IMG/VR virus record: IMGVR_UViG_3300025132_000049
Location: 1-55,076 of that record
DNA: 55,076 nucleotides
Reading direction: 5' to 3' (one strand)
Origin: a virus
Taxonomy: Duplodnaviria > Caudoviricetes
Shown: positions 11,196 through 21,071 of the stretch, piece by piece
Position numbering within the stretch: the first letter of the stretch is position 1
How the letters are laid out: every line of letters begins with the position of its first letter
The notes under the pieces: generated by a model
Told to the model about the DNA's origin: nothing
What the model saw: the letters and a program-made list of their open reading frames with translations, nothing else
The model's database searches: none
Position numbers and translations under genes: made by a program

Positions 11196-12666
11196 CTATT
11201 CTACTAGAACCAGAACGGTTCATCCTTAAATTAATTTCTCTAGCAACTTTATTTGCTATATCTCTTATCTCAGAATCAGAAGCACCTACTCTACCATTGA
11301 CATGAACGTGTATTGTATTTCCTCCACCCATTCTTCTAGTATCAGTATTAGAATATACTCTTGAACCCGCAGGTAACGATACTAATTCTGGCCCATTTTC
11401 ACCAACCATTGCTAATCCTCCTCTAGTTATACCACCTGTTTGATAACCTTTTATTTTGAGCCTAGTATTATCACCGAATATACCTGTAACTAATCCATTC
11501 CAAAGACCAGATACTATTCCTACTAGTAAAGAACCTAATGTAACTACTAACCCTGCTAAGACATTACCTATTAATAATACCACATTCCCAAATATATCAA
11601 GGACTACTATTTTAATTGCACCTATTACATCTCCTCTAAAAATTGCTCCGAATAATTTGAATACACCGACTAATATTCCTAATATGTTACCCAATGCAGA
11701 TTTGAAAAACTTAAATGCTGTACCTAACATTGATGACATTATAGGCCACCCTTTCTTAATAATAGCAGCCAATATTGTTATACCTAATACTATCATTAAG
11801 AAATACATAGCAAACTTACCAAGACCTGCTACTGCCAATGTGCTAAACTTACCAAGTTTACCAATTAATTTTTTACTTTTTATTTTAGTCATTAATTTCT
11901 TGAGACCGCTAGCATTTTCTTTATTTAGTTTAGACCGCATATCAAGACCACCATCTTTTCTTATCCTTCCAAGTGGCCCTTTATCAACAAAAAAATCTTT
12001 AGTTTTATTAAATACATTCATCATAGGAGAAGATTTTCCAAGCACTTCATCAATTATGAATTGACCTGCCTTTCTTCCTTTACTAGTTTTATGTTCTCCC
12101 GCCCCTATACCATATTTACCTTTAGGTATAAACATATACGCAGACATTGCATCATAACGCTCTCTCATTGATGGCCCTTTAGCCATTTTTTTCTTGAGTC
12201 TTTTACCAGATTTTGCTTGTTGTTTCTCTATTTGTTCCATTGTTCCTTTATAATACTCTAATACTTCTTCTCTTGCCTTGTCTTTATTAACGCCTTGACC
12301 TACTAACATATCAAAAATAGGATTATCAGTATTACCCGATAACATTTGTTTTCTCGCCATTTTTAATTTCTTTAAAGAATCAGCCATTTTTAGATTTGCT
12401 TCTAATCCTTCAATCATTGATTTTTTTTGTTTATCACTATTATCAGTAAAGGCTTGAAACACATTGCTTACTGCTCTAATTCTGTTTTGTAGTTTCCAAA
12501 GACCACTACCAGAAGTAACTCTAGCAAAAATAGTCCACCATTGATTACCTGAATCACCTAATTCACCAAAACTTCTAGCCCAACTCTCTTGAGCAGTAGT
12601 TAAACGATTAATAGCAACGGTTAAGTCATTAGTAAACTCTATTGGATTATCCCCACCCATTACCAT
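11188..12666 (-). CDS. Tail tape measure protein (short, 492 aa)
   Basis: Follows the chaperone genes; helical N-half, long hydrophobic G/I/L-rich segment, and the C-terminal GYQTGG...AMVGENGPELVSLPAGSRVYSN motif typical of TMPs. Confidence 0.75.
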   Translation of the reverse strand: MVMGGDNPIEFTNDLTVAINRLTTAQESWARSFGELGDSGNQWWTIFARVTSGSGLWKLQNRIRAVSNVFQAFTDNSDKQKKSMIEGLEANLKMADSLKKLKMARKQMLSGNTDNPIFDMLVGQGVNKDKAREEVLEYYKGTMEQIEKQQAKSGKRLKKKMAKGPSMRERYDAMSAYMFIPKGKYGIGAGEHKTSKGRKAGQFIIDEVLGKSSPMMNVFNKTKDFFVDKGPLGRIRKDGGLDMRSKLNKENASGLKKLMTKIKSKKLIGKLGKFSTLAVAGLGKFAMYFLMIVLGITILAAIIKKGWPIMSSMLGTAFKFFKSALGNILGILVGVFKLFGAIFRGDVIGAIKIVVLDIFGNVVLLIGNVLAGLVVTLGSLLVGIVSGLWNGLVTGIFGDNTRLKIKGYQTGGITRGGLAMVGENGPELVSLPAGSRVYSNTDTRRMGGGNTIHVHVNGRVGASDSEIRDIANKVAREINLRMNRSGSSRIGA

Positions 12667-12670
12667 ACTA

Positions 12671-12892
12671 TCACCTTAACTTACTTGTTTGTTTTGAAAT
12701 CTCTTCTACTTTTAACTGTTCCACTTCTGAATGTATTTTCATCATATCTAATATTATTTGTGCGGGCGTATTGTATGCTTCCATTGGACTAATACTAAAC
12801 GCCTTTGAATATGTATAAATTAATATTCGTGAGGCTAAAGTTGGTTCTATTTCACCACCTTTAAGACCTCTACGAATATCCTTTAATTTCCC
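12671..12892 (-). CDS. Tail assembly chaperone -1 frameshift extension (GT-like)
   Basis: The -1 frame from the slippery site G GGA AAT is open for 73 codons (KLKDIRRGLKGGEIEPTLASRILIYTYSKAFSISPMEAYNTPAQIILDMMKIHSEVEQLKVEEISKQTSKLR*) and ends at the TMP RBS. Confidence 0.75.
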   Translation of the reverse strand, partial: GKLKDIRRGLKGGEIEPTLASRILIYTYSKAFSISPMEAYNTPAQIILDMMKIHSEVEQLKVEEISKQTSKLR

Positions 12893-13251
12893 GTATCATC
12901 CCCTAAGAAATCATCAAAAGGATTTGGCAGTATATCTTTCAACTGCGCCCCTACATACGGAGACAACCTTAACAACTCTAATGATGTTAATGTTGGTTCT
13001 GTTTTTTCAACGAAGTTTTCGACCATAAACCTATACATCTTATTTAGGTCTAATCCCATACTTCCTTGTTCTGCGTTAAGGCTCATCACCACAGATAACG
13101 CTTGTTCTACTTGAAGCCATGTGGGTTCTTTAATCCACACTTTCAATATATCACCTGAAGTTTCGTCTACTTTCAGATGATGGCATTTTGTTTCTACTGT
13201 TGAAAACAGTCTGTTCTTATCACTTACTACATTTTCCATTTTATTTTCCAC
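12883..13251 (-). CDS. Tail assembly chaperone (G-like)
   Basis: Sits between tail tube and TMP; ends ...DDTGN* with the GGGAAAT heptamer immediately before the stop. Confidence 0.75.
   Translation of the reverse strand: MENKMENVVSDKNRLFSTVETKCHHLKVDETSGDILKVWIKEPTWLQVEQALSVVMSLNAEQGSMGLDLNKMYRFMVENFVEKTEPTLTSLELLRLSPYVGAQLKDILPNPFDDFLGDDTGN
12886..12892 (-). other. Programmed -1 ribosomal frameshift slippery heptamer GGGAAAT
   Basis: X XXY YYZ pattern (G GGA AAT) in the correct phase, analogous to the lambda G/GT site GGGAAAG. Confidence 0.75.
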
Positions 13252-13262
13252 CTACAATTAAT

Positions 13263-13286
13263 ACTAACAAACAAACGATTGTTAGT
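13263..13286. promoter_or_regulatory. Inverted repeat (ACTAACAA-N8-TTGTTAGT) upstream of the chaperone gene
   Basis: Perfect 8-bp arms in a 200-bp intergenic gap, just downstream (minus strand) of a TTAAATATAT TATA-like box. Confidence 0.35.
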
Positions 13287-13452
13287 GGAATATATTTAAT
13301 TAAAGTTAAACTCTTTTAACTCCTCCGAAAACGCCTTTAATGTGGCGTATTGCCTCTAGCAGACCCCTAAGTTTCAGGAATCTTAGCATAAAATTGTCCT
13401 CCTATTCTGATTAAAATGTTCTTAAACCTCATAAAACGATTTTAAGGGGGTA

Positions 13453-15012
13453 TTAGCCTTGAATAATCCATTTGCCGTGATATTTACATTCATGTAGAGT
13501 CCTCGCGGAAAGAGTTAACGCGACATCTAGCATTCCTTTATCGTCTGGGAATGGTATATCTACTGTTTGCACAATATAATCTTTTAATGTTAAAGTTATC
13601 TTATCTGTATCTGCTGTATCATTCTTATCAAAAGTAATTACTATATTACTTGCAGATATTTCACCTTGCTTTCTTAACTCATCCCAAATAGTTCTATCAG
13701 TAACCTGTAAGTTTAATTGTACATCATATAATCTTTGACCTGTTGAATGAGCAGATATAATAGACCTATCATAATTACCTATGAATCTTTGAGGTGTAAT
13801 ATTATTAGTGATAGTTAAACTTCCACTTTTAACTCTAGCCAATGTTTGACCGAATGCTTCAAGATGTCCATCTGAAAACATGAATGGTAAATTATCTGCT
13901 TCTGCATTATAATTAAATAATGAAGATGGTGTCCTTACTTTTCTTTTTGGTGTATAATCCGGTAAACTATCATATGCTCTCCTAGTAACAGCATCAATAG
14001 TAGCCTTTACTTCTTGACCTTCTTCAAAGTTCATTGTAAATGTATTTACTTGACACCCTGTATATATTCTTGAAAACATATTTTCATCATTAGCATCTTG
14101 GTAATAATCAGCATCAAGAACATTACCTTTTTCATTAGTTATTTCTAATGCAAAAGAAGGTAAATTACCCGATTCTGATTCTGTAAAAGTATAATCTATT
14201 TTACTGTCAGCAGTTAACTTTAACATACTTGTATCAGCCGTTCCATATGTTTTAGGTGGGCTTATTGTTCCAGATTCTCTTCTGTGGAATGTTTTATTTG
14301 TATTATCATAATATACACTACCATTACTTGCTGCATTAGAAAGCGTATTACTACTATCTTGTGTAGCAGTAAATGTCATATTACCTAAAGCATAGTATAA
14401 CCATGAGCCATTATTTAAAGATACATCAATAGAAGCAGAACCGTATGATTCCGCACCTTTGTATTGTATTCCAAAGTTTCTTGTTCCACCTAATGCTAGA
14501 TTTACTTGTTTCATCTCAGCATCTACTGTTGGTGGAGTTATTGTATTAACTAAACCTAACCAATTATCTGATAATAAATTATTTTTTCCACTAATAACAG
14601 CAGGTGAAAAGGAAGGTGTTCCAAAACCAAGTATAGTCAATTCAATTATATCTGTATCTGTGCTACTTAACTCTTGATTGAAAGTAATTTGATATGCTGT
14701 ATTAGATTTAATAACTAATGTTGTTGTAGTTTGTAATACATTACTACTATTATAAACTCTTACTTCTGCTGTACATCCTTTATAGATATTAGCAGGTAAT
14801 TTATTTGTAGCATGGGCTGAACCGCCTGTTGCATCAACACCCCATGAAATAGTTGTTCTATCTATTGTACCGCTTGCTGTGTTTTTATATCTAAAACCAA
14901 GTCTATTCGTTCCATTAGAAGCAATACCTAATTGCATTCCTATATTATAATCCATTTCCGGCACTAACGTAGCCGATAACCCTGCCCCTGTATATACTTC
15001 ATTACTTGTCAT
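13453..15012 (-). CDS. Major tail tube protein
   Basis: PSFALEI...YTGCQVNTFTMNFEEGQEVKATID...KSGSLTITNN pattern of siphovirus tail tube proteins; position upstream of chaperone and TMP. Confidence 0.7.
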   Translation of the reverse strand: MTSNEVYTGAGLSATLVPEMDYNIGMQLGIASNGTNRLGFRYKNTASGTIDRTTISWGVDATGGSAHATNKLPANIYKGCTAEVRVYNSSNVLQTTTTLVIKSNTAYQITFNQELSSTDTDIIELTILGFGTPSFSPAVISGKNNLLSDNWLGLVNTITPPTVDAEMKQVNLALGGTRNFGIQYKGAESYGSASIDVSLNNGSWLYYALGNMTFTATQDSSNTLSNAASNGSVYYDNTNKTFHRRESGTISPPKTYGTADTSMLKLTADSKIDYTFTESESGNLPSFALEITNEKGNVLDADYYQDANDENMFSRIYTGCQVNTFTMNFEEGQEVKATIDAVTRRAYDSLPDYTPKRKVRTPSSLFNYNAEADNLPFMFSDGHLEAFGQTLARVKSGSLTITNNITPQRFIGNYDRSIISAHSTGQRLYDVQLNLQVTDRTIWDELRKQGEISASNIVITFDKNDTADTDKITLTLKDYIVQTVDIPFPDDKGMLDVALTLSARTLHECKYHGKWIIQG

Positions 15013-15025
15013 TTAACCACCTTTA

Positions 15026-15571
15026 CTAACTTACAACGGTTCTTCCGAACCTTTTCATGGTAACAGACATCTTATAACCTAATAAACGCTTACCTCTATC
15101 ATTAGCCTCACTTCTGCCTGTTAATTGAATTAGTTCTGCACTACCCTCTAAATTGTCGCTTCCGTCAAAAACTTTGGGTCGCAGCCCCTTCTTCTCTAAG
15201 ATGTAGCGGGTGATTTGGTATAAACTTTGCAGTCTATCCCTTGAATATGTTAGCACCGACCAATCTTTTTGATGCAACACTCTTAAATGTATTGTGAAAG
15301 TATAATCCTCATTTCTAATACTCCAATCTATTGTAGGTAAAGACATTGATGCACTATCTTCATATACAACAATTACGGCATTTTGGTCTGCGTCAAACCT
15401 TCTACCTTTACCTGCTTCTAATGACCTTACATCTACAAAGGTAGGAGTAACTCTATGGTTAGCCAAACCCGGTGTATTATCTCCAAAACCATTTTTACCG
15501 TTACCGTCAGAAGATGCTGCGGTACTCCAATTATCACTTAATAATCGTATTACAAATGTGACTTCATCCAT
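15026..15571 (-). CDS. Putative tail terminator / head-tail joining protein
   Basis: Immediately upstream of the tail tube; size and the FTIHLRV...YKMSVTM alpha/beta pattern fit. Confidence 0.5.
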   Translation of the reverse strand: MDEVTFVIRLLSDNWSTAASSDGNGKNGFGDNTPGLANHRVTPTFVDVRSLEAGKGRRFDADQNAVIVVYEDSASMSLPTIDWSIRNEDYTFTIHLRVLHQKDWSVLTYSRDRLQSLYQITRYILEKKGLRPKVFDGSDNLEGSAELIQLTGRSEANDRGKRLLGYKMSVTMKRFGRTVVS

Positions 15572-15777
15572 GCTTTACCTACTATTTCATTAAACTTTTT
15601 TGCTGATGCTTTTAATTTAACCATTACTAAATATTTGTCTAATGCTTCTCCTTCTAATCCAAAATCAGCCATTTCTTCTTCTCTTAATTTATCTCTTGCT
15701 GCTATTGATTTACCATAATTATCTATTGCTCTTGTCATAGCCTTAACATTTTCAATTTCATCCATGCTATCACTCAA
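15550..15777 (-). CDS. Hypothetical neck-region protein
   Basis: Overlap-coupled ORF between adaptor and terminator genes. Confidence 0.5.
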   Translation of the reverse strand: MSDSMDEIENVKAMTRAIDNYGKSIAARDKLREEEMADFGLEGEALDKYLVMVKLKASAKKFNEIVGKAWMKSHL

Positions 15778-16886
15778 TCAATTAAATGTAACATAACTTG
15801 TTTGCCTTTAATTATCTTATTTGCTTCTTCAACAAGTATATCATGTTTAGTTTTCAAATCTATATTAGAACCTGTTTCAGCAATTAGAATAGTATTATCA
15901 TCATGTACCAATATTTCTGCTGCTACTAGTTTAGTTGCTGCTTCATGTATCTCAGCAGGTACTCTTGACTTACCCCTAACATAAGTAACTCTAATAGAAT
16001 GATTTTCATAATAAGGATAATTTTGTCTAAAGAAGATTTTACCTTCATCTCCTATAACCCAATAATCTTCCTTTCTACCTGCTGATTCATTATCAACAAA
16101 TGATGTAGAAGAAGTTGGACTACCATGTGTTGCTGCAACAGTACATATAGTACCTGCATCAGAAGGTAATAGAGAAGTAATTGTTACTGATTTTCCATCA
16201 CTTGATGGTGAAGCATAAAAGAAATCAGATACATTTCTAGTAGTGCCACCGTTATCGGGTGCATCTGTTGTAGTTTTAATTGCAGTTTCACCTGTAAACT
16301 GTGCTGTTTTGTGAGGAAATACTTCATTAATAGCAGCACATATTTGTAACACAGTAGTTTTTTGACCGAATGTATCATAAAAACCATTTGCATTTCCTTT
16401 AGTTAATACAAATCTATAACCTGTTCCTGTATCTCCTACTCCTAAAGTAATTGTAAATGTTCCATTAGTAGCAGATTCCGGTGGAGTATATTTGATACTT
16501 GCAGATGCTAATTCTACATACTCACTACCTTGATAAACTTCTAATTTAATTATTTTTCTAATAGACTCACTATTTAATTGAATAAACCCTAAATAATCAT
16601 TCCAACTTTGTACGGGATATGCTGCCATATTCATTGTTTCAAAGTTATGAACCTCATCTTTTATTATTTCTGGCCTAAAAGAAAGTTTAACGCTATTATC
16701 TATTTTACCTTCTACTCTTTTTATTATCTTACCAACCATTGCTATACTAGGTACAGAAGAATTACTAAATGCACCTACTTGAAGTAAATCTGATACTTCG
16801 CTATGTGATGTGTAATATCCTCTACCTGATGAATAATCTGGTAGATATGTCATTGTATAGTCGCTTTCTGATGCTAATTTACCCAT
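15774..16886 (-). CDS. Head-tail adaptor (gp6/gp15-like) with a beta-rich insertion
   Basis: N-terminal YTSHSEVSDLL...IIKRVEGKID and C-terminal IRVTYVRG...VPAEIHEAATKLVAAEIL are connector motifs. Confidence 0.65.
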   Translation of the reverse strand: MGKLASESDYTMTYLPDYSSGRGYYTSHSEVSDLLQVGAFSNSSVPSIAMVGKIIKRVEGKIDNSVKLSFRPEIIKDEVHNFETMNMAAYPVQSWNDYLGFIQLNSESIRKIIKLEVYQGSEYVELASASIKYTPPESATNGTFTITLGVGDTGTGYRFVLTKGNANGFYDTFGQKTTVLQICAAINEVFPHKTAQFTGETAIKTTTDAPDNGGTTRNVSDFFYASPSSDGKSVTITSLLPSDAGTICTVAATHGSPTSSTSFVDNESAGRKEDYWVIGDEGKIFFRQNYPYYENHSIRVTYVRGKSRVPAEIHEAATKLVAAEILVHDDNTILIAETGSNIDLKTKHDILVEEANKIIKGKQVMLHLID

Positions 16887-18696
16887 TTATATACCTCTCT
16901 AATTTTCTTAGTTGTCTTTTTATTGAAGAATGAAATGTTCTTCCTGTAATACTAACATCTGATATTGCACCACCTTCTAACTCTCTACTTCTTCCATCTT
17001 TTGTTGGTCTACTATATCCACTAATTTTCGGCTTACTACCCATTTCAGAATTATATGAAGTAGGTTGATGCTCAAAGTATTCAACAAAGAACACCTTTCT
17101 ACCTTTATATTTAGTAGTATTAAGTTTATAAACATTCCATTTTTCATCTAATAGTGTTTTATGATTTCTTTTATGTTCTTCTGAACTGATACCACTAGCC
17201 ATTGTTGGTCTATCAAGAGTGATTTCAAGTGCCTTAACACTAGCCTCTGGTACTTTTCTTACTTTTATTTCCCATCTATGTAACCCTATATTTCTTGGGT
17301 CTAACATGGCTTCATAGTTATCCTTTAATGTTTTATTTTTTTCTGAAATATCTTTAAATCCTGTTTTAGAAACATTTGGTATTTCCCCAATAGGTTCGTC
17401 AAATAATTTAATATCTCCTTTACTACTTGCATCGTCAGCATGAATTACAATATCCATTACGCTTTCACTTTTTGGCTCTACTAATTCAGAATATATTTTT
17501 TGTTCTAATTCATTAGTAAATGGTTTTTTATCATCTCCACGTCTTTTGTCATCAACATATTTTTTAATGAACCTTTCTTCTTTATTAGATAAACGCTTTT
17601 TACCTATGGTGTTTCGTTCTGTAAGATAATCATTTAACTGTTTGCGAGATATAATATTAGCATTAAAACAATTTAAGATAATTTCTTCTTCTCTAGAATC
17701 TAATAAATCATATTGTGTTGTCGCTACATCTTCGTATATGTCATTCCATAACAATTTAAGATTTATTTCAATTAGATATTCTTCTATTTTAGAATCCTTA
17801 TTTGCTTCCTCTTCTAAGTCTGATGGTAGCCAAGGTAATTCTAATTCTTTCTTTAAATCAGATAATTCTGGATAAGTAGGAGTGATATTAATATTATCTG
17901 GGTTATCACTAAAATCTTCTTTTAGACTTTCTAAAGTAACTTCTGCCTTGCTTATCTTATCCTTTTTAGGATTAATACCTGCTGCATCAAATATATCATT
18001 AAACATTTTTTCTGTATCTATTGTTAACTCATAAACTATATCCATAGCAGGTGTATTATTGTAATCTCCTCCACCTACTTCTTTAGATTTAATTACTTTA
18101 ATTTCAGTATATTCATGTAATTTTTCTGTTGCATCATTATATACTGCTCGTCTTTTTCTACTTGCTCCTTGAGCAGACTGAGCAACACTTCTAAGTTTAC
18201 TACCTGCCGAAGAGGTTCTACTAACACCTATAATACTATTAAATGTTCTAGTATTTAGATAACCTGATACTTTAACATCAATGTCTTTGACGTTTCTCAA
18301 TACTCTTTGTAAATCTTCTTGGTCGAAGGAATCTTCATGTCTTTTGAATCTCAATTTTCTCATTATCTGTTCTTGTAGTAGTTCTTCTATATCCATTTGC
18401 ATTAATGTATTGTAAGCATCCTTAACATATCCATCATACTCATCCCTAGACCATTCCATTTCTGTCATTTGTTCTTCTGCATTATTTAAAAAATCATAAT
18501 CAAAATAATGCCGTAAGTTTCTTTCTATGTTTAGGTAGTCTCCTTTAGCAGAAGGACTAACTAAAAACTTAACCATTAATTTAAATAAATCGTTAGACGT
18601 TCCTTTGTCACTTTCATCTAATTTTAATGTATTGCCATCTAAAGAATAATCATTACTATCATCATCTAATATTAACTTAGAAGGAATAGTAATCAT
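16879..18696 (-). CDS. Hypothetical protein, 605 aa
   Basis: Long ORF with an upstream GAGTGA RBS-like site, coupled to the adaptor gene; no motif recognised. Confidence 0.6.
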   Translation of the reverse strand: MITIPSKLILDDDSNDYSLDGNTLKLDESDKGTSNDLFKLMVKFLVSPSAKGDYLNIERNLRHYFDYDFLNNAEEQMTEMEWSRDEYDGYVKDAYNTLMQMDIEELLQEQIMRKLRFKRHEDSFDQEDLQRVLRNVKDIDVKVSGYLNTRTFNSIIGVSRTSSAGSKLRSVAQSAQGASRKRRAVYNDATEKLHEYTEIKVIKSKEVGGGDYNNTPAMDIVYELTIDTEKMFNDIFDAAGINPKKDKISKAEVTLESLKEDFSDNPDNINITPTYPELSDLKKELELPWLPSDLEEEANKDSKIEEYLIEINLKLLWNDIYEDVATTQYDLLDSREEEIILNCFNANIISRKQLNDYLTERNTIGKKRLSNKEERFIKKYVDDKRRGDDKKPFTNELEQKIYSELVEPKSESVMDIVIHADDASSKGDIKLFDEPIGEIPNVSKTGFKDISEKNKTLKDNYEAMLDPRNIGLHRWEIKVRKVPEASVKALEITLDRPTMASGISSEEHKRNHKTLLDEKWNVYKLNTTKYKGRKVFFVEYFEHQPTSYNSEMGSKPKISGYSRPTKDGRSRELEGGAISDVSITGRTFHSSIKRQLRKLERYING

Positions 18697-18705
18697 TTAA
18701 CTCAC

Positions 18706-19422
18706 TCATGCCAACCAAGCCGCCCATGCAGCCCCTTTCTGTATCATCTTACCTAGACCCATTCCAGAACCCGGAGGTGTATACGATGGTTGTCCGGTGG
18801 CAGGGTCTATCCAATATGGATTACCCATTGTATCTGTACCTGCCGGAGGTACAGGATAACCAGAAGGATTGTTAAATGCCTGTTGTTGTTGCATCATCAT
18901 ATTATTTGCTTGAACCATAGGGTTTCCTCCACTAATTTGTGAAGGGTTTAATCCACCTGCATTAGGTACTCCTTGTTGTGGCATACTTTGTGGTATACTT
19001 TGTGGTGTAGATGTTTGTGCAGTAGAAAATCCTTGTGCTTCAAGATACTGTTGTTTAGCCATCTTTCTTTGCATAATAACTTCTGTATTTAATGCAGCAG
19101 CCACTATTGATTGAATATCTAATTCTATGTTCTCAGCAGTAATTCTTTCATATTCTCTTAATGAATTAGGCTCTACTTCTAAATCACCATTAGTATTATT
19201 AATAAACTTTAATTTTGTTAACATTTGACTTACTACTCTTTCAGTAACATCTTCTAGCAGTTTTTCAAATGCTGTTAGAAATTGTACGCCATGATATTGA
19301 AAAAACTCTTCTACATGGTTTTCTTGTAAAGTCAATAAATTATTTACTGCTTTAAAATCGGCAGCCCCTTGCTGCGATATTTGATTCGCTATACTTGTAT
19401 TACTTGTTCCAAAAACACCCAT
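18706..19422 (-). CDS. Helical protein with Q/P/G-rich low-complexity tail and amphipathic C-terminus
   Basis: PQSIPQSMPQQG..., QQQQ, and ending LGKMIQKGAAWAAWLA. Confidence 0.65.
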   Translation of the reverse strand: MGVFGTSNTSIANQISQQGAADFKAVNNLLTLQENHVEEFFQYHGVQFLTAFEKLLEDVTERVVSQMLTKLKFINNTNGDLEVEPNSLREYERITAENIELDIQSIVAAALNTEVIMQRKMAKQQYLEAQGFSTAQTSTPQSIPQSMPQQGVPNAGGLNPSQISGGNPMVQANNMMMQQQQAFNNPSGYPVPPAGTDTMGNPYWIDPATGQPSYTPPGSGMGLGKMIQKGAAWAAWLA

Positions 19423-19423
19423 T

Positions 19424-20095
19424 TTATTCCACCTCTTGTTCTATTGTTTCTTGTTGTATTATTCTAGTTCCTTTTGTCATTAATTCAATTACTCTTTTAT
19501 TAATTGCTTGACTTTCTATTGTTAATCTAAACAGTTCATCCTCTTTTGATACGTCTAACATTTTAGGTGGTCTTATAGTCCAACCTGCTGCTGACAATGC
19601 TTCGATGTCTTGTTGCCTTAATGAAGTTAGCGGCCCAGATTGTAACATCTTAGGCATCTTAGGTTTAGGTATATATTGGTTAAACTCTAAACCATGTTCT
19701 TCTGCAATGATTTGTTGTTCTAACATTTCATATTGTTTGTATAACGCTGAATGTTTATTACAGTAAGTACCTCTCATTGGATAACCTTTCCTTACTTTAT
19801 GTAAAGGTATAGTTGGTCTCATTGGGTCTGATACATCCCATACCTTATGTGTACCACATACTACACATCTATCTTTAGTATTAAACTTAAATCCATGTCG
19901 TATTTTCAATGTCTTTTTCTTTTCTGGTAAAAGTACCTTAATCATTTCTTTCAATTGTTTTTTTGGTTTATCACTTTTATATTCATATTTCATTATAGCC
20001 CCTGCTGCTCTAGCAAACTTCAATGGGGGCATGAACGGGTTTGCTACTGTTGCATTAGTAGCACCTATCAAACTTGGCGGTGTATATCCTATCAT
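19424..20095 (-). CDS. Zinc-binding protein (CxxC...CxxH)
   Basis: RCVVCG ... YCNKH motifs. Confidence 0.6.
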   Translation of the reverse strand: MIGYTPPSLIGATNATVANPFMPPLKFARAAGAIMKYEYKSDKPKKQLKEMIKVLLPEKKKTLKIRHGFKFNTKDRCVVCGTHKVWDVSDPMRPTIPLHKVRKGYPMRGTYCNKHSALYKQYEMLEQQIIAEEHGLEFNQYIPKPKMPKMLQSGPLTSLRQQDIEALSAAGWTIRPPKMLDVSKEDELFRLTIESQAINKRVIELMTKGTRIIQQETIEQEVE

Positions 20096-20159
20096 TTTAT
20101 TTCCTCCTTACATTCTTTACATTGACACATTAGTGCCATTGAACAATTATTTGTTATCA

Positions 20160-20828
20160 TTAGTAATCCTCTATCATTGTTGCTATTCCTCTATATACCA
20201 TTTCTGAATCTGACTTTGCACTTACTATATATTTGTAGCATGGTATTCCTTTATCATTTAATTTTTGCATTCCATCTTTAAAAGCATCAAATATTGGGTG
20301 ATTTTGTATATCATCATATTCATATGTATCTTTCCATAAATCAAACTTATTAGCCCATAAACCTACTGCTACCGGATAATCATGGTTTTTCTTTTTTTGT
20401 CTCCTATTAATATTATCCCAATAACGTGAACATATTGTATCTACTAAAAATGTCCAACATAATTGTTGTTCTATATCATAGTGTTTATCCATGTGTCTAT
20501 CATCAATCATAAAAATAATGTATTTAACTTTACGGTTTTTCATATCCTTTAGCCACTCACCCCAATAAACTGTTTCTCCTCCTATATCTGCATTTTTTAT
20601 TGTATGTTGGTCTCCATCAATTTTAATAGTTTTTCTTGTTGCTCTACCTCTGCCAACGGTTCTTTGTTTAATTTTTGGCACTTCTCCTCTTGTTCTTAAT
20701 TGATGATTTAAAGTTGTTTTTCCTACCCTAGTTGCACCATATATACCAAAAGGTACTGCATGAACCTTTTTCCACATTAAACCAATTTGTTCTGCCATTA
20801 TAATGACAAATCCTGTCATCACCGACAT
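20160..20828 (-). CDS. Small GTPase, Ras superfamily, Arf/Sar-like
   Basis: G1 GATRVGKTT, G2 RTVG, G3 DIGGE, IIFMIDD, G4 ANKFD, G5 SAK; hydrophobic N-terminal helix. Confidence 0.85.
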   Translation of the reverse strand: MSVMTGFVIIMAEQIGLMWKKVHAVPFGIYGATRVGKTTLNHQLRTRGEVPKIKQRTVGRGRATRKTIKIDGDQHTIKNADIGGETVYWGEWLKDMKNRKVKYIIFMIDDRHMDKHYDIEQQLCWTFLVDTICSRYWDNINRRQKKKNHDYPVAVGLWANKFDLWKDTYEYDDIQNHPIFDAFKDGMQKLNDKGIPCYKYIVSAKSDSEMVYRGIATMIEDY

Positions 20829-20837
20829 AACATAACC

Positions 20838-21071
20838 TCAGAATAAATGGTGATAAAAAGCCCAAAAGCCCTCCCACGCTTCTTGAAAGAAATTAATTCC
20901 AATTAAAGGTAAGGCATGACCTATTAAAAATCCACTAATTGTTGATATAACACCCCAAAAATAAAACCTTGCTCTTAGAAACCATATATCAGCAGAATGC
21001 GCTCTTTGCATATCATACGCTAAAGAGGTTTCATCCATACCAAATGCTATGGTTTCTAACATATAAATCAC
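20838..21071 (-). CDS. Small membrane protein
   Basis: Hydrophobic FYFWGVISTISGFLIGHALPLIGI segment followed by an aromatic amphipathic C-terminus. Confidence 0.6.
   Translation of the reverse strand: MIYMLETIAFGMDETSLAYDMQRAHSADIWFLRARFYFWGVISTISGFLIGHALPLIGINFFQEAWEGFWAFYHHLF

Noticed and set aside
13453-15012. Contractile tail sheath
   Set aside because: Motifs fit a tail tube, and no separate tube, sheath or baseplate-wedge genes are evident.
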